Assembly (NCBI GenBank): GCA_030390025.1 | Contig: JASTWF010000048.1 | Coordinates: 1,178,001 to 1,242,000, forward strand | DNA length: 64,000 nt | Source: Squalus acanthias | Taxonomy: Eukaryota | Reading direction: 5' to 3' | Shown: positions 49,809 through 62,738 of the stretch, piece after piece | Numbering within the stretch: position 1 is the stretch's first letter | Layout: each line of letters starts with the position of its first letter | Program-made: the position numbers and the translations under genes | The notes under the pieces: generated by a model | Database searches by the model: none | The model's input: only the letters and a program-made list of their open reading frames with translations | Told to the model about the DNA's origin: nothing

Positions 49809-51133
49809 CTCTGGGGGTTGAATGATCCGAGTGTTTATGCTGTGATGTCACTGGGCCGTTTTATTGTAGAATATCTCAAAGCTTTGGGCACTGCGTGGAA
49901 TTTACTTTCCCATCCTCTCCAATGTTACACTTTCGGATGGGAGGGGCGAATTTCTCTTCGCTTGTTCATTGACTTCTACATCGGGCTGGTCATTTCCGGG
50001 GCGGGGCTAATGTGGAACCGGGTAATCGTCGGCCTGTCTCCTCCCTTTGATGACGCAGTCGAGCGTTCTTTAAACGTGGAACAACCCCGAGGCGTCATCT
50101 GAGATGCCAGTGATGGCGAGGGAGTGAGAAAAGGGACTTATACTGTCTGTCTGACTCATTCTGTGGAATTAACCTGCATCTAATCAGTGAGTGACGGGCT
50201 TTATTCTATATCTAACCAGGGAGTGAGGGACTTTACTCTGAATCTAACCATTGAGCTGATGGCTTTACTTGGTATCTAATCCTTGAGTGGTGGACTTTAT
50301 TCTGTATCTAACCAGTGATTGTTGGGCTTCAAACTGTATCTGACCAGTGTATGATGGGATTCACTCTGTAACTAATCAATAATTGATGGGCTTTACTCTG
50401 TATCTAACCACTGGTTCATGAGCTTTAGTCTGTATATAAGTAATGGATCATAGACATTACTCTGTATTTAACTAATGGTTCATGGGCTTTACTCTGTATC
50501 TAACTAATGGATTGCGGGCTTTAATTTGTATCTAACTAATAAACGATAGGCTTCACTCTGTAAAATCAGTGATTCAAGGACTCTACACTGTATCTAATCC
50601 CTGTATCAAGAAGGGCTGCCCACGTATCTAAACCGGGCTCTGATTTATCTAAACCGTGTTGACCGGATATCTAACTCGTGCTGCCCATGTTTTAAGCAGT
50701 TCCGTTCCTGTACATATCCTGTAATATCCGTCAACCAGTGCTGTCTCAGTATCTAACGTGTGCTTCCCTGTATCTAACCCGTGCAACTCATATATTTAAT
50801 CAGTCAAGTCGCTGTACCTATCCCGTACTGTCCCTGTATCTAATGCGTGCTTTCCCTGTATCTAACGCGTGCTATCACTGCATCTTACCCGTGTTGTCCC
50901 AGTATCAAACCGATACTGCTGCTGCATCTAACCCGAACAGACATGTATCAAATCCGTACTGTCCTGTATCTAACCTGTGCTGTCCCTTCTCACCCACCAA
51001 ACACGCCCCTGCCCCCACCCTCCGCCGCTGGATTGACTCCACCCCCAGTAATGCAGCGACTGGTTCCGTCCTGAGCCCCGTTCTCTGCAGCACTGGATTT
51101 TGTTGCATCGCCCCGACTCCTTTTGTCACTGTG

Positions 51134-51563
51134 GAGTCGCCAGGCGCAGTAATACACACCCGAGTGGTCCGCTCGCAGGCGGGCCGTTTGCAGGTGAAAT
51201 GTGGAGTCGTCGGGTCCAGAGGCGGTGAAGCCGTCTAGCTCTCCCGCCGGCTCGATGCTGTCAGAGATGCGAGAGTAGAAGAGCAGCAAGAGCTGTCTGT
51301 CTGGGAGCTGGCGATACCAGGAAAACTCCGAGCTGAAGAAACCCTCTGCAGAACAGCGGAAATGCAGCGGCGAGTGCAGAGAATCGGAGATTACAGGCGG
51401 ACTTTGCTGAACTTTGCCGCTCGCTACAGCTGCGAATAGGAGGGAAATGATATGTTAAAAAATTGGGGCCGTTGACATTCAGAGCCAACCCGCTCCCAGG
51501 CAATGCTGAGGTAGACTTACTTTGCAACAGCAGCGCAGACACAAGGCTTCAGGTTAAATGCAG
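51134..51563 (-). pseudogene. TRBV: TCR V segment, family B copy 5: intact V exon (51134-51429) and RSS, dead leader (51521-51563)
   Basis: V exon open from KVQQSPPVISDSLHSPLHFRC to YYCAWRL; RSS CACAGTG (51127-51133), 23 bp, ACAAAATCC; leader ATG changed to CTG and TGA at codon 5. Confidence 0.85.
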
Positions 51564-51971
51564 TTTGATTAACAGTTTGCGGAAGAGAATCAGACCGGGA
51601 TTTTGTAAAAAAATCTGCTCTCCCGGCGCCTCCGTGGCGACTTTATGTAACTGCAGTTCTGTTTGATTGACAGCGCTGGCCGCTCACTCCAGGCCCCGCC
51701 CCTTACAGTCTGATTGACAGCTGTCGATATAACTCCGCCCGTTCCCAGCTTCTATCGACTCTTCACGTAACTGAAGTCCCGCATCCCTGGTACCATTCTG
51801 GTAAATCCCCCCTGCAAGCTCTGTCTGGCCTTGGCATTCTTCCAAAGTGGCATTTCCCATGATTGGGCACAATTTTCCAGCTGGGGCTGCAGAAATGCGT
51901 TTTTCGTTTGTTAAACATTAATACAAAACGGATAATGGTGTGAGGAGGTTGTTGTTCAACACGATTCTGAC

Positions 51972-52016
51972 ACGGCACCAGAAATAAACAGTAAATTGAA
52001 CAACATTGAACTGCAT
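51972..52016 (-). other. Orphan family-C-like leader exon with 1-nt deletion
   Basis: 45 nt, MQFNVVQFTV then phase shifted. Confidence 0.55.
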
Positions 52017-52295
52017 CGTGTGGGCACAATGTAATCCGGCGGCTGCTGGGTCAGCAAACAGTTACGGTTCAGTCTTAAATACGCTTCAATTTGATTGGCA
52101 TAGTGTCAGATCCGGAAGTTGCATCAAACAATTGCAATCGCCTCGAGAGCATCTAAACAAAATTAGCAGCAAATAAATTATATTGTGCCACAGAATTCGC
52201 TATCTGATTTTGATGGTGTTTGAATCGTTACAGAATTATCCTTCTTCCTCTCTGCCTTTCATTCTTTCTTTCTTTTTTCTCTCTTTCTGTTTGTT

Positions 52296-52463
52296 NNNNN
52301 NNNNNNNNNNNNNNNNNNNNNNNNNNNNNNNNNNNNNNNNNNNNNNNNNNNNNNNNNNNNNNNNNNNNNNNNNNNNNNNNNNNNNNNNNNNNNNNNNNNN
52401 NNNNNNNNNNNNNNNNNNNNNNNNNNNNNNNNNNNNNNNNNNNNNNNNNNNNNNNNNNNNNNN
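52296..52463. other. Assembly gap (168 N) in a CT-rich tract
   Basis: Run of n. Confidence 1.
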
Positions 52464-55400
52464 CTCATAGTTTCTTTATGTTTGTCTTTCATTCTTTGTC
52501 TCTCTCTTTCTCTCTTTCTTTCCTCATTTATTTTTATTACCTTTTTTCATTCTTTCTTACTTGGTTTCTCTCCGAGGCTCCATGTGAGTTGGCAGTAATG
52601 GTGAGGTGTTGAAAGAACCTCCTTCTCACTCTCTTTCTATCTCTCTCTTTCAATCTCTGTTTCTCTTTGACTTTCTTATTGTATTTGTTTCCTGCTTTCA
52701 TTCCATTGCTCCCTTTAGTTTATTTCTCCTTTTGTCATTAATGTTGCCTTCTTGTCGACTCCCTTCTCTTCCTTCGTAAATTAACAACAACTTGCATTTA
52801 TATAGCGCCTTTAACGTAGTAAAACGTCCCAAGGCTTTTCACAGGTGCGTTACCATAAAAATTGACACCGAGCTCCTTAAGGAGATATTAGGACAGATGG
52901 CCAAAAGCTTAGTTAAAGAGCCAGTTTTTAAGGAGCGCCTTAAAGGAGCAATGAGGTTTAGAGAGGCGGAGAGACTTAGCGAGAGAATTCAAGAGCTTAC
53001 GGCCTCGATAGCTGAAGGCAAGGCCGCTGATGGTGGAGCAAGTAAAATTCGAGTTTGCGGAAGAGCCCAGAATTGCAGGAACGCAGATATCTCGTACGGT
53101 TGTGGGGCTGGAGGAGGTTTCAGAGAGGGTGGGGCGATGCCACGGAGGGATTTGAAAGCATGCATGAGCATTTTAAAATGGAGGCGTTGTTCAACCAGGA
53201 GCCAATGTAGGTCAGCGAGCACAGGGGTGATGGGTAAACGGGGCTTGGTACAAGTTAGAATAGGAGGAGCGCAGTGATAGTTTATGGATCGTGAAAGATG
53301 GGAGGCCGCCCAGTCGTGCTTTGGAATCAGCAATCTGGAGGTAACAACGGCATGGATCAGGGTTTCAGCAGCGGATGAGCGGATCCGGTGATGCTCCGGT
53401 GTTTCAAGTAGACGGTCTTAGTGATGGCGCGGAGTTTTGCAGTGGTGTTCCCAAAGGGCCCGTTTTGAATGCATTAAACTTTGCAAGTGCTAGAAACGAC
53501 GTAGACTCGGGGTTAGGGAGCAGCATTATAAGGTTTTCAAATGATAGCAAACTTTTCAAAGTAGCAGGTAGTGATGAGGATATTTATAGGCTTCAGGATG
53601 ACATAGACAGGACGGCGAATTCGGCAGAAGCATGGCAGATGGAGTTCAATGTGGAGGAGTGTGAAGTGGTCCACTTTGGAGCACTAATATGGAAGGACAG
53701 GATATTATAAATTGCACGATTTTGCAAATGGCAGATAAGCTCGGTGTCCATATACATAAATCCTTAAAGGCGGCACGGTAATTGATGAAGTCTTTAAAAA
53801 AACAAATGGGTTACTTGGGTTTATAAATAGATAAATATAAAATCAAATCAACGAGATCATACTGGAAATTTATAAAATACTGGTTAGGCCTCAGCTGGAG
53901 TATTGTGAACAATTCTAGTACCAAACTGCAGGAAAGATGTAAAGGCCTTCGAACGGGTACAGAGGAGGTTTACCAGGATGTTACCAGGGATGAGGGACTT
54001 AAGTTATGAGGAGAGGTTGGAAAAGTTAGGCCTGTTCTCCTTGCAACAGAAAAGTTTATGAGGTGACCGAATAGAAATTTTCAAAATGATGAGAGTTTTT
54101 GATAGAGAAAACTCTAGAAAGAGAAAAAAATATTCCAACTGGCAAGTGCATCAATAGCTAAAGGTCATAGATACTAAATCATTGGCAAAAGATCTTGAGG
54201 GTAGAAGAGGAGAATTTTTTCAACTCATTGTTTTGTCTGCAGCTGAAATGCTTTACCTGCAATGGTGTTGAAAGCGGATCAATCAAAAACTTTAAAAGGG
54301 AGTTGGACAGGTGCGGGAGGATGAGTAACTAACTGGGTGATGGACAACAATTGGGGATGTGGGATGAAACAAAACTGCTCCGCTAAAGAGCCAGCGCAGT
54401 CACAATGGGTCAAAAGGCCTCCTTCTGTGCTGTAAGCTCATCCAATTCTGTATGTTGTCGGAAGCTCATCTCGGGTTCAAATATGATAACAAGATTGCAA
54501 ACAGTCTGCTTCAGCCTCAGACAGTTGCCAGGGAGAGGGATGGAGTCAGAGGCGAGGGAGCAGAGTTTATGGCGGGGTCCGAAGACAAAGGCGTCGTCCT
54601 TCGGAATAGTCAGTTGCAGGAAATTTCTGCTCATCCGGTACTGGATGTCGGACAAGCAGTGTAGTAAATCAGAGACAGTGGAGTGAAAGAGTGCGCTGGT
54701 GGTGAGTCAGAGATGTGTGTCGTCAGCGTACATGTGCAACCTGACATTGTGTTTTTAAATGATGTCGCCGAGGAGCAACATGCAGATAAGAAATAAGGCT
54801 GGGGGCAAGCTTAGATCCGTAGGGTACTCCAGAGGTAACAATGCCGGAGCAGAAAATCAATCCCAATGTGTAGATTATTAACTACCTTATGCCAATCCAA
54901 AGACAAAGTGAAGGTAAAAAAATGTATTATTTATTGAGAGCAGGCGCTTGAAATACAACATCTCTAAAAAGCAGCAGACATGAGGAAGTCTAATTGCGTT
55001 TTTGTGCCAAATGTTCGGTAACTGAAAGGGTTAGAGAACCAGCGGAATTGACCATTAAGGAGACTCGTACATCTGCGGCGGCAATGCTCGTTCTGTGCCA
55101 AAGCAGGTCGTGGCAAAGGCGACAGCGATGCTACAGCGCCAGCTAGAGGCAAGAACTTGCAAATACAAGCAACTGGGTCTTGTCATTTTCCAGGTGCAAC
55201 TGATTTGGTGGGTATTTTCAACTCATGTCCTGAAATTTACCCGCTTTGCAATTATTTTCTCCTCTCCTACAGATGTTGACGATCTTACACAGAATTACAT
55301 CGAATTTACAGCACGGAATCCTGTCCAACTGATCCATGCAGTGGTTTATCCTCTACACGAGCTTCCTCCTACCTCACTTCAAATCACCCTATCTATAGAA

Positions 55401-55837
55401 ACTTCTATCCCTTTCACCCTAGTGTCTTTATCCAGCTGCGATGGCATTTACCTCAAGCAGTCCTTGAGGTAGTAAGTTCCACATTCTCAACGCTCTCTGT
55501 GTAATGAGGTTTCTCCTGAGTTCCTGTTTGGATTTTGTAGTGACTGTCTTATATACGGGACTCGCATTTTGAATCAACTTCATAAGTAGAAACAAAATCT
55601 CTACGTCTACCCTATCAAATCCTTTCATAATCTTAAATTAATCCAAGTGTTGTCTGATAACGCTATATGGAGACCAGAACTGTGTACGGTATTCTAAGTG
55701 TGCTCTAACTAAGTGATATGGAGATTAGAACTGAGCGCTCGGCGCTGTTCTCTGAAGCCTCTGTAAAGTTACACGAGTCTGACGGCAGTTAGTCTGAGGG
55801 TTTTTGTCTTGGCGGCGGATGACTCTGAACCGCTGTG

Positions 55838-56637
55838 TCCCATCAGCAGCTGCACAGAAATACACCGCCGCATCCGTGTGTTTAACGCTGTCGATCTTCA
55901 GAGTGGATTTCTTATTTTCCACAGTCCTCGTAATGGCAAACCCGCTCTCAAAACCTTCTCCATACTGAGCTTCACTGCTTAAATAAATAAACCCGATGTA
56001 GGTGAATCCTTGTCCAGCGGATTGCCGATACCACAGCATGTTATTGCGGAGTGTTCCATTCTGATAACAATTTAACTCGGCCTCTCCTCGCGGATCAACG
56101 GTAATCGAAGTCGGCCACTGATGGATCACATCCGCCAGCGGACAGTCTGAAAAAGAGGCGGCAGAGATGATAAAACAATCGGATGCAATTGAGAAACTCT
56201 TTAGGCTTTTCAAATTAAGCCCGGGATGGAAAACCGGCATTGTGGAGCCTCCGATGCCAAACAACAGCTAAAATCTGCGCAATAATTCTGGGATTATCGC
56301 CAAACTAACAACATAATGGCGATTATCTTAGAGTTAGGTAGGAAAGAACGAGATTCTGCAACTTTGAATTATAATGAGAACAATGTACGCATCAATTAAT
56401 ATTACAACAGCTAAAATAACATTAAGCGCCTTAAGTTTTGTAGATTAAAATAAATTCTCGATTTAAATATTTGATTCCTCATAAATAATTGCTCGTTAAT
56501 CATCATCGGATAGCACAATGTAGCTTAGTAAGAATGTTTCATGAATCGATGATGCTAGTACATCACTTATAATTGTTCAACATTATCTTACTCGGTGCCA
56601 GCAATAAAAGAGCAAATGCCAACAAATTGAATAGCAT
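55838..56637 (-). CDS. TRBV: TCR V gene segment, family C copy 5, apparently functional; leader 56592-56637, V exon 55838-56146
   Basis: Leader MLFNLLAFALLLLAP with GTAAG; intact V; RSS CACAGCG (55831-55837), 23 bp, ACAAAAACC (55799-55807). Confidence 0.9.
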
Positions 56638-56749
56638 CGTTGAGGGTGATCGACGATCTAATGCCCCAAATGGGGACTATCAGAGAGAGCGACGCTAATT
56701 ATTACGCATATGCAAAATCTGAGGTCAGATCCGGAAGTTGCGTAGGTAA

Positions 56750-57775
56750 ACAGAAAAAAAGAACTTGCATTTGTAAAGCGCGTTTCACGACCTCAGAACG
56801 TCACAAGCGCTTTGCAATCAACGAATTACCTTCGAAGTGCAGTCACTGTCGTAATAAAGGGAACGCGGCAGCCCAATCAGCGCTCAGCAAGTACCAAAGA
56901 GAGCAATGTGATTCATCAAAAGATTATCTGCTTTTAAGTGATTTTGTTTCTGGTAAACATATTGACCAGGGTAACGGGAGAAATACGACATAGTATGCAT
57001 GCGAAACTTTATGTCTACCTGAGAGGGAAAAGAGGCTTAGTTTTAAGTATTCCCTCAGAACTGCCCATCCAAAATGTCCAGCGCTCCCGCAGAACTATCA
57101 CTCCGACAGAGCAGCACTACCTCAGTACTGCACCTCCGACATGGCAGCATTTCCCTCACTACTGCCCCTCTGAACGTGCAGCTCTCCCTCAGTACTAACC
57201 CTCCAACAGTGCAGCATTACATCAGTATTGCCCCTCCGACAATGCAGCCCAAACACAATACTGCCCCTCCCACAATGCAGCATTCCATCATTGTTGCCCC
57301 TGCGACAGCGCAGCACTTCCTCAGTACTGCCCCTCTGAACGTACAGTGCTCCCTCAGTAACGCCCATCCGAGTGTGCAGCACTCCATCAGTACTGACCCT
57401 CCGCCTATACAGTGCTCCCTCAGTACTGCCTCTCCGACAGTGCAGAATTCCAACAGAATTGCCTGCCCCCCGACAATGCAGCACTCCGTCAGTACTGCCC
57501 TACGACAATGACGCGCTGCCTCTGTATTGACCCTCCGACAGTGCAGCATTCATTCAGTACTTCCCCTCCGAAATTGCAGTGCTCCATCAGTACTGTCCCT
57601 CCGATATTGCAGCGCTCTCTCAGTATTGCTCTCTGTCAGCGCAGCACTACCTCTGTACTGGACGTCCGATAGTGCAGTATTCCCTCAGTACTGCCCTCCG
57701 ATAGTGCAGCACTCCATCAGTACTGCCACTTCGAGAATGCAGCACTTCCTCAGTACTGTCCCTCCGATAGTGCAT
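56750..57775 (-). mobile_element. Deu-domain SINE with 30-bp minisatellite (about 57046-57775), head deleted
   Basis: Roughly 24 degenerate units. Confidence 0.7.
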
Positions 57776-57879
57776 CATGATCCGGAATGCACTGCCTTAA
57801 AGTGCGATGGAACTGCATTCAATAGTACATTTCAAAGGGGAACTGGCTATACATTTGAAAAGGAACATAAATTAAGGGC

Positions 57880-57972
57880 TAAAATAAAAAGAGAAAATGC
57901 TGGAAATACTCAACAGGTCAGGCAGCATCTGTGGAGAGAGAAACAGAGTTAACGTTTCAGGTCGATGACCTT
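57880..57972 (-). mobile_element. Penelope-associated short terminal-repeat fragment
   Basis: aggtcatcgacctgaaacgttaactctgtttctctctccacagatgctgcctgacctg..., absent from the other cassettes; recognised from memory. Confidence 0.5.
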
Positions 57973-59179
57973 ACGTTTTTATAAATTAAGGGCTATTGGA
58001 TAAGAGCAGAGATTGGGACGAATTGTGTTGGGGAGACTAATACTCGTCGTCATAAATATACACGAATACATCTACTAGGGAATTCAGGAGCAATCTACTT
58101 TCACATCGAGTGATGAGATGCATTTTACAGGAAGCTATATAAGGACAGGCGGGAGAAACGGATAGAAGGATATGCTTATATGGTGAGATGAAAAGGGCTG
58201 GGAGGAGAATCATGTGGGACTAATTGGAAAGCCCTTTCTAACAGCCAGACCGGGCTCGATGGGCCGAATTGTCACCTTCTGTGCTGTACCTTTAATGATT
58301 CTATAAACCACGGGACATGTTTGCGTCAAAGTTCCCTCCAGTTTCAGGCAGTGCGTGTTTCAGTTCCCATTTGCGAAACGAGAATTAAAGGGTTAAATTC
58401 TTCGCGGGGCTGCACTACTAGATTCTTTGAAAAACACATCAAAAGGCATCAAGAGTCTGCTAGACAGGTGGGTTAACGGTTTTAAACAGACACTCAAACA
58501 TCTGTCAGTAGGCAGGTGTTCCAGTAAGAAACGGATGTGGAGCAGCATCTCGCCTTTGCACAGGGTGAAACATCGGTCACCCGTTTAAAGGTTCTAAGAT
58601 GAACTATTTCGTACTTGTACAGTGTTGTGGTGCTTAGTGCAGAGAAGGTTAAGGGGAGATTAGAAAGAGCTGTTCATAATCATGATTTTTTTCATGGATT
58701 AAGTAAGGAGAAACTGTATCCAGTGTCAGGAGGATCGATAAACAGAGGAGGCAGATTTAAGGTAATTGACAAAAGAGCCAGAGGGCGAGAGGAGTTGAAT
58801 CTTCTCCTCAGTGAATTATTATGCTCTGGAATGCGCTGCCTGAACGAGTTGTGAAGCAGATTCAATAGTAATTTTCAAAAAGGATTTGGAGAAATACTTG
58901 AAGCGGAATTATATTCAGTGCTGTGGAGAACGGTCATGGGATTGTGACCAATTGGATAGCTCCTTCAGAATTCCGGCACATGCTCGATGGACCGAATGAC
59001 CTTCTTCTGTGCTATATCAATCTATGATTCTATGATAATCAGCGCATCTCTCGTCGGTTTTGCGATAGCGAAAGTAACAGGTAGGATAAACACCTCCTCA
59101 AATATCGTGAGCTTGTGAAATATTCACTGCTATAATCGGGAGCTATGCGTAATTCCTTCCATATTCCTATGCCCGTTCT

Positions 59180-59480
59180 TTCATAAGAATATAAGAAGTA
59201 AGAGCAGGAGTAGGCCATAGGATCCCTCAAACCTGCTTCGCCATTCAATAAGATCATGGCTGATCATCGACCTCAACTCCACTTTCCCGCCCGATGTCCA
59301 TCTCCCTTGATTCCCCTAGAGTTCAAAAATATATCTACCTCAGCCTTGAATATACTCAAAGACTCAGCATTCATAGCCCTCTGGGGCACAGAATTCCAAA
59401 GACTCACAACCCTCTGAGTGAAGAAATTGTTCCTCATCTCAATCTTAAATGGCCTACCCCTTATCCTGAGATTATGCGCC
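59180..59480 (-). mobile_element. CR1-type LINE 3' end insertion
   Basis: MRNNFFTQRVVSLWNS motif and taaga tail. Confidence 0.75.
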
Positions 59481-59639
59481 CCAACAGGAACATTAACCCA
59501 TTTACCCCACCTCATAATCTCTTGTTAAAAAGTAGAGGAACCCATAATAAAACGCACATGCGAAATGTTGATACAGCATTTTAAGTCATTAATAATCTAT
59601 TGGAATAATCTGAAGTGATATCGAGTAAGAAGATGAAAA

Positions 59640-59968
59640 GGTCGATGCAGGGAGGATGTTTCCTGTCTGGGGAATCTAGAACCAGGGGTCACAGTCTCAG
59701 AATAAGGGTTCGGCCATTTAAGACTGAGATGAGGAAGAATCTTTAGAATTCTCTACCTCAGAGGGCTGTGGAGGTTCAGTCGTTGAGTATATTTAAGACA
59801 GAGATCGATAGATTTTTGATTATTAATAGAATCAAGGGATTTGGGGTTAGTTCAGGAAAGTGCAGATGAGGCAGAAGATCAGCCATGATCTTACTGTATG
59901 GCGGAGCAGTCTCGAAGGGCCAAATGGTCTACTCCTGCTCCTATTCCTTATGTTCTTAGGTTCTTATG
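59640..59968 (+). mobile_element. CR1-type LINE 3' end insertion
   Basis: ESRTRGHSLRIRGRPF motif; tail ctcctgctcctattccttatgttctta. Confidence 0.75.
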
Positions 59969-60228
59969 AATGAATATGAATAAAATGTAATCCATGATAC
60001 GTCATTTTCTTAAGCGGTATGACTTAAAGCATAGTGATAGATAGATGATAAAACGATAGATAGATAGATCGATCTGAGCTAGGTAGATAATGGGATAGAT
60101 AGACCAGAGCTGGACAGGCAGATCGGTGATAGATCGATGTATAGATGGCAGTTGGACAGAGAGATAGATATTTAGATAGATAGATAGACGGACAGAAAGT
60201 AAGACAGGCAGATAGATTGATAACAAAT

Positions 60229-60600
60229 AGCGCCTTTCACTATCACCGGACGTCCCCAAGCGCTTTGCAGCCAATTAAGTACTTTTGAAGTGCAGTCACT
60301 GTTGTAATGTGGAAAACGCAGCAGCCAATTTGCACACAGCAAGATCCCAGAAACAGCAATGTGATAATGACTACATAATCTGTTGTGTTATGTTGGTTGC
60401 GGGATAAATATTGACCCCAGGACACCGGGGATAACTCCCCTACTCCTCTTCGATATAGTGGCCATGGGATCTTTTACGTCCACCTGAGAGAGCAGACGGG
60501 GCCTCGTTTAAACGTCTCATCCGAAAGACGGCACCACCAACAGTGCAGTACTTCCTCGGCACTGCACGGTAGTCAGCCTAGCTTTACGTGCCCAAGTCCC
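60229..60600 (-). mobile_element. Deu-domain SINE (SacSINE1-like) inserted in the GATA microsatellite 3' of A6
   Basis: Well-preserved Deu core (acgtctcatccgaaagacggcacc...cagtgcag; ccatgggatcttttacgtccacctgagag). Confidence 0.8.
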
Positions 60601-60732
60601 TGGAGGGGGATGGAGTAAAGAGACACACAAACAGACTCACAGAAAGTCAACGAGACAGATCTATCTTCCACAGTAATTTCCTGCCGACTTTGGGGTTTTT
60701 GTTCAGCTCCTCCATCTCTCTGAGTCACTGTG

Positions 60733-61626
60733 CAGACTCCAGGCGCAATAATACACGGCCGAGTGATTCGTCCACAGACTGGAGGACTCCAGGTAGAAGT
60801 GGGTGTTGTCGGGTCTCCTGGCGGTAAAACCGTACACCTCACCAGACGGAGTGACAATTTCGGCACCATTAGAATAGAAAAGGTTTTCAGGCTCCCTGTT
60901 GGGATGCCACCGGTACCAGTAGAAACAGGAGCCAGCTGCTGCTTCTGTGTAAAGGCACTCGATGCGAATTGGAGTGCCCGGGAAATTGGATATGGAAGCG
61001 GGAGTCTGTTCGATCAGCACGGCCCCCACATCTGGAAAACAGAGAAAGAGAGAGGCAGTGAGAATTTGCATGTAGACACCCGCCACGAAGGGGCAGACGA
61101 GGGGAGAGAGAGAGTGAGGGCGAGAGGCAGCGAGAGAGGCAGACAGACATAGAGAAATGGAGAGATAGAGGCAGAGACAATGATAGACAGAATGTGACAC
61201 AGAGAGATAAGAGGAACAATCTGCACATCGACAGAGGACGAGAAGGAGCACACGAGGAGAGGGCGTTAGTAAAGAGAAAGAAAGAAAGAGGCAGAGAGAT
61301 GAGAAAAACATAGAGGCAAAGAGAGAGAGACTCAGAAAGAGAGAGAGTGAGAGACAAGGGAAATATAAACGGACAGTCAGGCAGTAAGACAGGCTGAGAG
61401 AGACACAGCGGCAGAGAGAGAATGCGGCAGAGAGAGTGAGAGGCAGAGAGAGGGAGACAGACAGACATAGAGAGCAAAATATAAACCGAGGTAGAGAGAA
61501 TCTACACCCGCCCGCGGTGTGAGGTGACACAAGGGGAAATAAAGTGAGGGGCGCTGGAATCTCACAGCCCAGCTCCACCTTACCCGTTAACATCAGCAAC
61601 ACAACCCAGAGCTGAGAAGCGGCCAT
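60733..61626 (-). CDS. TRBV: TCR V gene segment, family A copy 6, apparently functional, extra Cys in CDR1; leader 61584-61626, V exon 60733-61031
   Basis: Leader MAASQLWVVLLMLT; intact V; RSS CACAGTG (60726-60732), 23 bp, ACAAAAACC (60694-60702). Confidence 0.9.
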
Positions 61627-62738
61627 CTCTGGAGGGAGAAAGATCCGGATGTTTAATGAGTGAAATCACTGAGCTGTTTTATTGTAGAATATCACAAAGC
61701 TCTGAGCACTGTGTGGAATTTACTCTCCCATCCTCGCCAATGTAAAACTTTCGGATGGGAGGGGCCAATCTATCTTCACTTGTTCATTGGCTCACACATC
61801 TGGCTGGTCCTTTACGGGGCGTGGCTAATGAGTACCCCGGATAATCGGCGGCCTGCCTCCTCCCTTTCATGGCAGGGCCGGGGGTTCTTAAAACCTGCAA
61901 CAACACCAAGACTCCATCTGGGATGGCAGTGATGCTGAGGGAGTGAGAAAAGGGAATTATACTGTCTGTCTGACTCATTCTGTGGATTTAATCCGTATCT
62001 AATCAGTGAGTGATGGGCTATATTCCGTATCTAACCAGGGAGTTAGGGACTTTACACGGAGTCTAATTATTGACTGAAGGGCTTTACTTTGTATCTAATC
62101 AGTGAGTGGTGGACTTCACTCTGTATCTAAGTAATGGATCATGGGCATTAAACTGTAACCAACCAGTATATGATGTGACTCACTCTGTACCTAATCAATA
62201 ATTGATGGGCTTCACTCTGTATCAAATCAATGACTCATGGGCGGTACTCTGTATTCAATCGCTGTACCAAACAGGGCTGCCAATGTATCTAAACCGTGCT
62301 CTCACTTATCTAAACCGTGTTGCCGCATATCTAAGCCGTGCTGCCCATGTATTTAATCAGTTCCATCCCTGTACCTAACCCGTACTGTGCCTGTATCTAA
62401 TATGTGCTGTCCCTGCACAAAATGTGTGCTGTTCCTGTGTCTTACGAGTGCTGTACCTGTATCTAACACGTGCAGCCCATATATGTAATCAGTTCAGTCC
62501 CTGTACATATCCTGTACTCTCCCTGCATCTTAAGCATACTCTCGCTGTGTCAAAACCGTACTGTCCTGTATCAAACACGTGCTATCCCTTCTCACACACC
62601 AAACCCGCCATTCCACTCACACCCTTTGCCTCTGGATTGACTCCACTCGCAACAAAGCAGCGACTGGTTCGGTCCTGAGCCCCGTTCACTGATGCACCGG
62701 GTTTTTGTTGCACCGCCCCGCCTGCTTCTGTCACTGTG

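Noticed and set aside
60703-61626. 307-aa ORF reading through the 552-nt A6 intron
   Set aside because: CT-rich intron is poor in stop codons; splice sites are canonical and the other A copies are not open through the intron
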